Shown piece after piece: positions 37,311 to 47,365 of a stretch of 64,000 nucleotides of DNA. Source of the stretch: Takakia lepidozioides (taxonomy: Eukaryota; Plantae; Bryophyta); NCBI GenBank assembly GCA_030704615.1, contig CM060731.1:64914001-64978000 (forward strand). The letters run 5' to 3'. The notes under the pieces were generated by a model, which was not told the DNA's origin, made no database searches, and saw only the letters and a program-made list of their open reading frames with translations. The translations under genes and the position numbers were made by a program. Positions within the stretch are counted from its first letter, which is position 1. The number at the start of each line of letters is the position of its first letter.

Positions 37311-37728
37311 TGTCATGGTTTTAGTCATGGTTATCTAGAATTACCTACTTCTAGTTAACTAGGACATTTTAGATATTTATATTTATATTTTGTGTGTTGG
37401 GACTTCATTTGGTCTCACATGCCAAGTGAGGTGTCAAGCCTCACTTGAGACATGGAGATAGGTTTTCCCCTTGTGAGTGTTGAGGAGGCTCATCTTCTTG
37501 TAGTTGAGCCTCCATGAGCTTCTCTCACCTCCATAGCTCTAGGTATTGAGAGGGAGTGTGTTGAGGGCTTTGTAGGGTGGATTCCTTTAGCAAAGGTGCC
37601 CTTGGCTTGACTTAGTTTATGTGATAGAGTGGATTTCATTTGGAAGGACTAGGGCTTGTTCTTCATGTGATTGCTTCATGCTTTGAGAGCTTTCATTGTC
37701 TTCTACTTCTCTCATTTCTCATCTCTTA
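37311..37728 (+). repeat. Terminal repeat A2 (418 bp)
   Basis: Direct repeat of 28312-28727. Confidence 0.95.
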
Positions 37729-37729
37729 C

Positions 37730-37774
37730 GTGGACAGCGATGTATGTTGTGGCACGATGCTTAGGTGCACGACA
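37730..37774 (+). repeat. Terminal repeat B2 (element right end)
   Basis: GTGGACAGCG...GTGCACGACA followed by the TSD TCTT. Confidence 0.95.
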
Positions 37775-38605
37775 TCTTTAAGGCTTGACTGTGACCAAGG
37801 ACGTAAAGTTATCTGCCAGATTCTAAGGTGGATGTGCAGAGAAAGAGTAAGATGAGAAGAAATCGAACGGGAGGATGAGTCAAAGGAGAGTTGTAATTTT
37901 GATTTGCCCTTCCTAAGACGCTCGTGGCGCCAATTCACATCTAAGTCTTCCGGCTGCAAGGATTGCAAAGCACTAGTTGAACTGCCAGCATGTCGGAAAG
38001 CAGTCGTTCCACTTAATCGTCGATTCTGAGGTTCTTGAGCAGAAATACCGGCCTTTTCCCTAGGAGTTATCAAAGCCAGAGAGTAACTGCAGTCTCCTTC
38101 CTTCCGCGCATCTAGCAAAAGCTACACACAAAACCCGCCATGCTTTCCGAGCTTCAGACATGATGTCTGAGTGAACCCTATGTAGCAACAATTTCACGGA
38201 AGGCTGAACTCCACCAAAAACCAACATCTACACTTCCAAATGTTCCAAAGCGTATGAGCCCTAAGGGTTGCCCACACAGGGCATAAACTCCATAAAGCCC
38301 CTTCATGCAAGTTGAGAAGCAATACAGAGAAATGCATAGGAACATTCGAATTCCAAGGACGGTAAAATCTGCAAACAAGGTTCCAAATAAACGAAGCCAA
38401 GGGACAGAGAACCAGACAATGCTCTATAGACTCTGCTTGTCCCGAATGACACACCGAACAGTGACCAGGAGAGTCTGGAATGAACTCAAAAACTGGAAGA
38501 ATTCTATTGGTGAGTTTCCATAAGAACCCAAAAAGTTTTGCAGCTCTATCCTTCATCCATACATCCCTCCATATTGACTTCCAATTAGCCAGGTGGGTAA
38601 GCAAG
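37775..38605 (-). mobile_element. L1-like LINE ORF2 C-terminal region (zf-RVT)
   Basis: WKSIW..KLFGFLWKL..RILP..CSVC..ESIEHCLVLCP..LWNIWKCR; a homologous fragment lies at about 60836-61215. Confidence 0.88.
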
Positions 38606-39711
38606 TAGCGTAGCTACAGCGTGAGCCCAGCCCCGTGAGCCTGGGAGCTGAGCTCACTTGGCTGACGCGGCGTGAGCCCAGGCTCCATCTACATGACGTG
38701 GCATGAGTGTATGTTCACGCCACGTAAGCGTGAGCATCCGCCATGTCAGCAGATGTCAGAACATATTTGGCGAAAGAAAATGAGCCTATACCCGAGGGAC
38801 ATATAACCATGGAAATAGGCATTTACAGTATGTCGACTTCTGCTGCATATTCCAAAACAGTTCGACAATGAAAAAAGACCTCGTGACTGTACTGTTGTGC
38901 AGTCTGCGAACTTAAGCTGCATGTTGCAAACAAAACCGACAATGAAAATCCGTCTGGTTCCCTTGCCCTTTCATTTGCCTCTCCCCTCACCTGCAGGTCA
39001 TTTTTTGCATTTCGAGAGAGTGTTCTGAGCCGGTGTACTTGTCAGGCTATAAATAAATAAATAAATAAATTGCGTGTGTGGGATGGGCAGTTGCAAAGCA
39101 CCGCTGATGCCCTGGGCATCTGCGTGGGAATGGAAAAATAAATAAATAACTGTGTGTGGGATGGGCAGTTGCACAGAAAACGTGCACTGCAGATGCCCTG
39201 AAAACAGTGTGCGGAGCCGCACACTACTTTTCAGGGCATCTGCGGTGCAAGTTTTTTTTTTTTAAAATTAATTTTAAAAAAAAAAACCATGTGTGGGATG
39301 GGCAGCTGCAGAAAAAACGTGCACCGCAGATGCCCTAAAAGTAGTGTGTGTTGCCGCACACTACTTTTCAGGGCATCTGCATGGGAACCTACCTACCTCC
39401 ATCCGTTCCTCTCAAACAATCCAACAGTAGAGACACTTTTGGGATGGATGGGAAAGCTGCATGATAGAGCTACATCATAAAGGTAGATGATAGAGATGGA
39501 TGGTAAGCTACATGATAGACCTACAAGATAAAAGATGATGATAAAGGTGGATGATATTGTGGTGGTGTGCAATGACTGGAAAGGGGAATTACTTTCGCGA
39601 AAATAAGAACCTCCCTCGGAAATACGTCCAGTATCTTGGAAATAAATGCGTGATGTGGCGTGAGCCTGGCTGGGTCCACAAGCTCACAAGCTCACGATAT
39701 TGCAACCCCTG
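38606..39711. mobile_element. Non-autonomous DNA transposon (hAT-like) inserted in the LINE
   Basis: Imperfect 9-bp TSD GTA(A/G)GCAAG (38597-38605 / 39712-39720), degenerate TIRs ending CGTGAGC, subterminal GTGAGC repeats. Removing it restores LINE peptide KWRHLPT-HLANWKSIW. Confidence 0.75.
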
Positions 39712-39880
39712 GTAGGCAAGTGCCTCCATTTTGAGTTCTCAGTGAAAACAGGGCGGTCTTAAAAGAGAGTAGTCACGCTTCACTGAGAACCCAAAGAACG
39801 GGGTGTGACCCCTAGACATCCAATGCCACTCTGCAAGATCAAACTGTAATAACGCAGAGGAGCAGAAAGGAACCAAATAA
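39712..39880 (-). mobile_element. Upstream part of the same 5'-truncated LINE
   Basis: FSVKRDYSLL (FSVKSAY-like) precedes zf-RVT; continuous with 38605 across the insertion. Confidence 0.65.
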
Positions 39881-40309
39881 AAGAGTCATCATAGAGTCAT
39901 CATAAAAGAATCATCATTTCTTGTCTTTTTTCCAAAAAATTGGGTTTCTTTTAATTTTTAATTTTAAGGGGATAAAGCCTTCATCATTTTGTTATAGGTT
40001 CTATACTGATAAGCAGGTTTTAATCAGTGTTGTGCAGGCCCGGGTTTTGATCCCGGGTACCTGGACCCGTGCCATCACCAAAAACCCGGTCCCTGACCCG
40101 GGTTCATTTTAGAAATGAACCTCGAACCGGACCCGGACCCGCCTGCAAGGTCCAGAACCCGTTAAACCCGCTACCCGCGGGCCAGTGTAGCCGGTCAGGG
40201 TCCGGGTCTTAATTTCAGGTGTGGCATACGGGGTCCACCTTAGATGTGGTAGGCTTTGCAATGTGTGTGGAGGGGACGAGCAATAGGCCGCTGCAGCAGC
40301 CTGCCAACC

Positions 40310-40460
40310 CCAACCAAGTTGTAGCCTAGTGGTAATGGCCACATACCACCTCAAAAGTGGTTGTGGTTTCAATCTACGGATTGGTGTAACAAAGTTGTGC
40401 CCTTCGGTTCCAGGGACACCATAATTTATGCCTCCCGAAGGAGGCGTCATATATTATTAT
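40310..40460 (+). mobile_element. tRNA-derived SINE (second family)
   Basis: A box TAGCCTAGTGG, B-box-like GGTTTCAATCT, tail shared with 26514-26573, (ATT)n end. Confidence 0.65.
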
Positions 40461-40579
40461 TAGGCCAGCTATCCACATCCATGCTATAGTGATCTACTTT
40501 AAACCTTGAGGCATATTACTATCCTTAACATGTTTAAGAATTGATATTGAAGAACGGAGAAATTCTATTTTAATTCTTA

Positions 40580-41681
40580 CTAGGGTAGCCTGTGCCGTTG
40601 GCCCAAGTGTCCAGTGTCATCTAAGCCCAAGTGCAATCTCCTATGTATCCAAGTGCGTCTCCTATGTCGAGGCCCAAGTGCGACCTCTAGGGTAGCCTGT
40701 GTCGTTGGGCCATGTGTGAAGAATTGAAATCTTAGACCAAGTGCAATTTCCTATGTATCCCAGTGCGTCTCCTATGTCGAGGCCCATCTAAGCCCAAGTG
40801 CAATCTTCTATGTATACAAGTGCATCTCCCATGTAGAGGCTTAAATGCCCATTATCATATAAGCCCAAGTGCAATCTCCTATGTATCCAAGTGCGTCTCC
40901 TATGTAGAGGCTCAAGTGCGACCTCCATGTCTAATGTCATCTAAGTCCAAGTGCAATCCCCTATGCATCCAGAGACCCTGCAGTTTGGGAGATCTCCACG
41001 TCATTGTTCCAACAAAGCCCACTTTGCTACTTTTGCAATCTCCTTTGTCGAGGCTTCATATATTGATATATCCACTTTGCTATTTTTCGCGAATTTTGAG
41101 CGACCAAAAGTACTTGGAATTCCAAATCTCCCACGTGAAGGGCCAATCGTTGCTCCAGGAAAGCCCACTTTGCTATTTTACTGGTGCCGTTGGCCCAAGT
41201 GTCCAATGTGATCTAAGTCCAAATGCATCAATATATGAAGCAAGCCATATCTAATCATTTGTTTTCCATAGAGCCTACAACGATTTGAACCGGAGACCTT
41301 TCCCTTGATATCTTTCCTATCGAGGTTCCAATCATTGTCCAGTGACCAAAAGTACTTGAAATTCGTTTTAGCCATATCTTATCATCTTTTCTCCACAGAG
41401 CCTACGACCAAATTTGAACCGGAGACCTTTCCCTTGATGTCGAGGCTCCAACCATTGTCCCAGGAATGCCCACTTTGCTATTTTTCGTGAATTTCCAGCG
41501 ACCCAAAGTACTTGAAATTCCACATCTCCCACACCGCAAGTCCAAAAATCATGAGACCACGCCCGTGCACCCCTCCTCGTCGAGGGCTTTCCAATGGTAC
41601 CAAGCACCAGGGTTGGGGCCTAGCGTTTTGGGACATCTCAACGTGACAAAACAAAACAAACGTCTCACTTCATATCAGTGA
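40580..41681 (-). mobile_element. Helitron-like copy
   Basis: Minus-strand TC...CTAG between A and T; homologous to 16366-18393. Confidence 0.8.
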
Positions 41682-41712
41682 TGTTAAATGAGCAATACAT
41701 ATTCATGGTATA

Positions 41713-43044
41713 CTAGGGTAGCATGTGTCGTTGGCCCAAGTGTCCAGTGTCATCTAAATCCAAGTGCATCAATATATGAAGCAAGCCATATCCAATCATT
41801 TTTTTTCTACAGAGCCTATGACCAGATTTGAACCGGAGACCTTTTCCTTGATATCTCCAAGTGCTATCCCCTATATATCCAAGTGTGTCTCCTATGTCGA
41901 GGCTCAAATGCGACCTCTAGGGTAGCCTGTGTCGTTGGCCCAAGTGTCCACTATCATCTAAGTCATCTAAGTCTAATGATTTAGCCATATCTAATCATTT
42001 TTTTTTCACATAGCCCAAGTGTCCAATGTCATCTTAGCCCAAATGCAATCTCATATGCATCCAACTTTGGCATCTCTTATGTACGTCTCCTATGTCGAGG
42101 CCTGGATCTAGGTCCAAGTGCAATCCCCTATGTATCAAAGTGCGTCTCTATGTTGAGGCCCAAATGCAACCTCTAGGTAGCCTTTGCCGTTGGCCCAAGT
42201 GTCCACTGTCATCTAAGCCCAAGTGTAAGATCTTCTATGTATCCCAGCGCGTCTCCTATGTCAAGGCCCAAGTGTGACCTCTAGTGTAGCCTATATCGTT
42301 GGACCCGTGTGTGAAGAATTGAAATCTAAAAGCAAGTGTAATTTCCTATGTAACGTCCCAAATGCATCTCCTATGTCGAGGCCCATCTAAGCCCAAGTGC
42401 AATCTTCTATTCATGTATCCAAGCGCATCTCCCATGTAGAGCCCCAATTGTCCACTGTCATCTAAGCCCAAGTGCAATATCATATGTATCCAAGTACGTC
42501 TCCCATGTGAAGGCCCAAATAATTTTTTTCCATGGATTTATTGAGTAGTAATATATCCAATCATTATTGATATATCTAGGGTAGCCTGTGTCGTTGGCCC
42601 AAGTGTCACTGTCATCTAAGTCCAAGTGCAAACCCCTATGTATCAAAGTGCGTCTCCTATGTCGAGGCCCAAATGCAACCTCTAGGGTAGCCTTTGCCAT
42701 TGGCCCAAGTGTCCAATGTCATTTTTTTTCCACAGAGCCTACGACCAGATTTGAACCGGAGACCTTTCCCTTGATATCTCTCCCGTCGAGGCTCCAACCA
42801 TTGTCCCAGGAATGCCCACTTTGCCATTTTTGCTATTTTCGTGAATTTCGAGCGACCAAAAGTACTTGGAATTCGACATCTCCCACACCACAGGTCCAAA
42901 AATCCTGAGACCAAGCCCGTGCACCCCTCCTCGTCGAGGGCTTTCCAACGGTACCAAGCATCAGGGCTGGGGCCTTGCGGTTTGGGACATCTCAACGTGA
43001 CAAAACAAAACAAAACAAAACGAACGTCTCGCTTCATATATTGA
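41713..43044 (-). mobile_element. Helitron-like copy
   Basis: Minus-strand A|TCAATATATGAAG ... CTAG|T. Confidence 0.82.
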
Positions 43045-43058
43045 TTTTGAAGGAATCA

Positions 43059-43647
43059 TCAATATCTGAAGCGAGAAGTTTGTTTTGTTTTGTTTTGTAG
43101 ATTTGAGATGTCCCAAACCGCGAGGCCCAGCCTTGGTGCTTGGTCCCGTTGGAAAGCCCTCGATGAGGAGGGGTGCACGGGCTTGATATCACGATTTTTG
43201 GACCTGAGGTGTGGGGAGATGTCAAATTAGTACTTTTGGTCGCTGGAAATTCGCAAAAAATAGGAAAGTGGGCTTTCTTGGCACAATGATCGGAGCCTCG
43301 ATAGGAGAGATATCAAGGAAAAGGTCTCCGGTTCAAATCAGGTCATAGATTCCGTGGAAAAAAAATGATTAGATTTGGATGACTTAGATGACATTGGAAC
43401 TTGGGCCAACGGCACATGTTACCCTACAGGTCATACTTCTAGACATAGGAGACGCACTTGAATGCATAGGAGATTGCACTTGGGCTTACATGACACTGGA
43501 CACTTGGGCCAACGACAAGCAGTCCCTTCTTACACACAATGTATCCCAGCAGTACCCCCGAGTTCACACAGAAAGTACACTTTTCCGGATTCAGACCAAG
43601 ACCTCTCATCCTGCATCTGGCCAAACATAATTCACAGGCTACCCTAG
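43059..43647 (+). mobile_element. Helitron-like copy with an embedded RT fragment
   Basis: A|TCAATATCTGAAG ... CACAGGCTACCCTAG|T. Confidence 0.82.
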
Positions 43648-43958
43648 TGTGTCTTAAAATAAAATTCATTATTAGGATTTAAATTTTTTCCAGCCATAAA
43701 TAATTTTATCTCTAATTAATCTTATTTTTTAAATAAATAAATCAGGACCCGGATCCGAACCCGTGATCCCACTAATATTTCCCAACAACTACCTGGACCC
43801 GGACCCGAGTCCGTGTTGAGAAACCCGGACCCGGATTTTCCAAATTTCAAAACCCCGGATCCGGCGAGTTCCTTAAAAAGGCACTACCCGCAACACTGGT
43901 TTTAATACCTAATTTTTCAATAACCGCCCAACACTGGTTAAATTGAATTTTTTTGAAA

Positions 43959-44232
43959 TCTATATAATAGGCAATGTAGTTCGTTTGTTTTGTTTTGTTT
44001 TGTTTGTGCCATTGAGATCTCCCAAAGCGCAAGGCCTTTGCCCGGGTTCTTAATACCGCTGGAAAGCCCGCGCTGAGTTGGGGTGCATCTAGGTGGTTTC
44101 ATAATTTTTGGACGTATACTGTGGGAGATATTGGATTTCAAGTATTTTCATCATTAGAAATTCATGGTAGATAGTAAATTGGGTTTTTTTGGAATATAAA
44201 ACGATCCTACAATGTGTTCAAGGGCACACTAG
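43959..44232 (+). mobile_element. Short diverged Helitron-like element
   Basis: A|TCTATATAATA start, 5' body similar to the family above, hairpin TGTGTTC-AA-GGGCACA, then CTAG|T. Confidence 0.7.
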
Positions 44233-47200
44233 TATATATCACATTAATGTAAGATTCTCTCTTTCTCTTTCTCTCTTTCTCTTTCTCTCTCTCTCTATAC
44301 TTGAATGTGGATATGTTCTTTGTAACAACGCTCAAGAACTGCCTGATCCCTTTTACTCTTTCTCCAGCCTTGAACATATTGGGACATTGGATGGCAAACT
44401 AATACATGATATCTTGTGTTAGGCCCTGTAGCAACAGCATAATAGAGTATATGTGTACACCTTCTACATGATCCGGTCAATGTACATTGCTCTCTTGGCT
44501 GCTCTACTATAGCCAATGCCTTGTATCAGCATTAGGAAACCTGAAAATGAGAGGCTTGAGGAATTTTTTTTCTGTCTCTTTCTCTCCTTAATGTTGCTAA
44601 GATCTTTTTAGACAACATTCAAGAATTGCCTGATCCCGTTATTCCGTTCAGATTTTTTTGTCTAGAACGGAACGGGGGATTGTAGAACGACTATGATGAC
44701 TCATGAGGGTGACTCATTAGGGTTCATCCTAGAGGTCTCAACCTAAAGCTGCTGCCCTATATGGTTAGTATGCTTGGCCACTCTTCTCATTTGGAAGAGG
44801 AGCAGGCAAGAGCTGAAGGAGCTGACTACACTATGTCTACAAGCAAGGTATCTATTCAGACTCCTCCAACACTGTGATGGGCTGCTTAGGATGGCAACAT
44901 AAAGAGAGTTGACACTATGAGGAACTTACATGGACTTGACTAAGCTCTACTCTGAATCTATGAATACTTTTGCAAAACCAAGGGCTTCTATATATGCCCT
45001 TGCTTAAGTACTTGGTCTTCCTTTTGGGAATAGGTGCTTGTTGTCATGTTTACTTACATGGACATGATTAGCTCTACTATGATTCTTTGAATACTTTTGC
45101 AAACCAAAGGCCTCTATGTGTCCTCTTGCTGAGTACTTGGCTCTAGTGACACCTTCCTTTTGGGAATGGGTGCTTACAGACATGAGACCTCCCCCCCTCC
45201 CTCTGGAGCATGGGCTGAAATAGGTGCTACTGAGTTCTGTACCTATGTTGAATGGCTGAAAGGACCTCTCTTACCTCTCCTCTCTTTGCTAGTATGATCT
45301 GTTGCAGGGATGACATTGATAACAAATGTGAAGGGATTTAAGCCTGGGGTTCCACAAGGATCACTAACCTGTTGGTTGGTTGGTTGGCTGTGATGGATCC
45401 AGGTGATGCCACTTCACCTTCTTTTGTTGCAGGAAATGCTACTAAGGGCAAGAGACTAAGGGAGTGAGGCTTTGAGCTCTCTTAAACCTCAAATCTGTTT
45501 GTATGTGTTGATTGTACACATACTACTGCTGTTTTTGCTCTATTGGTTTGATGGATCTATGAGTTGGTACCTACATGGAAAGGAGTTACTTGTAAGGAGA
45601 CAGTTGTGCTCTTCCTACTTCTACTGTTGATTCCTATGATATGAAAGTGAGGAGGTAGATCTGTTTATGAGAAGGCCCTACCTAGTGTGCATGTGATTGC
45701 TACTTAGTAGACCTTAAACCTGGTTTTCCAGCAAGGGTATAATGTAAAGGGAGGTATGGAGGCAGATCTGGGCAGAGACAGTTTGATGGTGCCTAAATTA
45801 GGCTGTCTGATGTCGTTAAATGAAGGCAAACATAGCACAATGTGCTTAGTGTTTCCTTGTCTAGCTTTGACATGCTATGTAACACTCTCTCTCAACCGGA
45901 AAACTAAACCGATCAATATCTGGAACCGGGGGAGGGGCCGTGTCATATAATGAAAAATTACACATACTAGAGAACCGAATATCTACAATATTTATTGGCA
46001 GTGACATATAGTTACAAAAGGTAAGACCCACACAACACTGGTGCAAACTGCACACTCGCATTTGTTTGTGTCTCAAACCTCAAATGAAGTAGTTGAAAGT
46101 TTTGTCAACCATCATGTTTGAGTTTAGAGCATTGCTAGACCTCCCTTGCTGCCAAACAATAGTCGAAACCAAAGTCGAAACAGTCGATCAGCCTCCAAAG
46201 GTTGTTGTAACAAGAGTAATAGTACTTATCCTAGTAGAATATCCATCAAAATTTTGATGTTGTACTCTTTGATGGTTGATGACGCATCACATTAGGGTAG
46301 CCTTCAAAGTATACCCCAAACCATGGGTTTCCTTTGAACTTTTTGGCTGTGGACCTTGCGTGATAGATGAAGTAGATGATTTAAGCCAACTCTTGCTGAA
46401 TTAGGATGTCATCTACTACATCTCCTCGTGCAAAAAACCTTCAGCCAAATTGATTGTTGGTTGACGAAGATTATATATAACCTTCGACCCATCGGTGACA
46501 ACTTTCTACCATAAGCCACCTTCACACCAAATTGTAGCTGCTTATTCCATCCAAGGGATAGATTAGATTCCACTCGTCTACAGTATTATGTACACTGGGG
46601 AAGTGCACTACAGAGCTTAGATTACAAAGGAAGACCAGAATCTGTACCGAAGGGCTCAGAGGGCTTCTCACCCTAAACGCATTCTCTATCGCACACACAC
46701 ACCAAGCACTCCAACACTACACTAAACACCAAACACCGTACACACACACCCCAAGCACTGCAACACTATACTAAACACTGTACACGGATGTTTTATGATG
46801 CAGAGAGACTCTAAAATTGCAACCTTCTTCAAGGTAGTAGATACTTTGTTGAAGATGAGGATATATTCCAGGGGCCCTGTCCCTTTGTTTACTATTTTCG
46901 TTCTAAAAAGGATACTACTGGAATATTCCCACTCGTCTGAATCTGACAGCATCTACAAAACAATGTAATCCTATCAATATGCTGTGCTGCCATCATTGGC
47001 AATCCACACTTGCCAACAACTGTTCCATCACTGCAGATCATATTCCAATCAAGAGATCAGAGATAAGAGAGTGAAGTTCAGGTCTTGTATATTTCTTTAC
47101 AAGACATTACCATCTTACATTCTGGCATTCAGTTCCAAAATTGGATGTCCCTCATAATGCTCCGCAACTGTAGTAAAACTCAAATACAATCAAAACTGCA

Positions 47201-47365
47201 GGACTACAATGGAACTGAATACCACCAAAAGGCCAAGGCTCATAGACGATGTTCTTCCTAATGGAGCCCCTCTTACACCTAATTGGCACTCTACAAACAA
47301 AATTCAGTTAGTTCACAGTAGGAAGTAAACTTAGGATCCAGGGAAAACGGTAGAAGACAATGTGC

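Larger units (their letters stand above)
28312..37774 (+). mobile_element. Ty3/Gypsy-type retrotransposon (gag-PR-DNMT remnant-RT-RH-INT-PHD) with split direct repeats; degenerate copy
   Basis: Ends TGTCATG...CACGACA (imperfect inverted repeat); TSD TCTT at 28308-28311 and 37775-37778; Gypsy domain order; several frameshifts. Confidence 0.93.
40025..43898. mobile_element. Non-autonomous hAT element hosting a SINE and three Helitron-like copies
   Basis: TIRs CAGTGTTG / CAACACTG; perfect 8-bp TSD GTTTTAAT (40017-40024 / 43899-43906); ACCCG subterminal repeats at both ends. Confidence 0.92.

Noticed and set aside
28312-37728. Conventional two-LTR model using A1 and A2 only
   Set aside because: A2 does not end in CA, has no matching TSD at 37729 and no adjacent PPT, and no PBS follows A1. 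The TSD and inverted ends appear only when B2 is included.
44690-46620. Possible retroelement debris with short internal duplications
   Set aside because: No termini, TSD or diagnostic domain identified.
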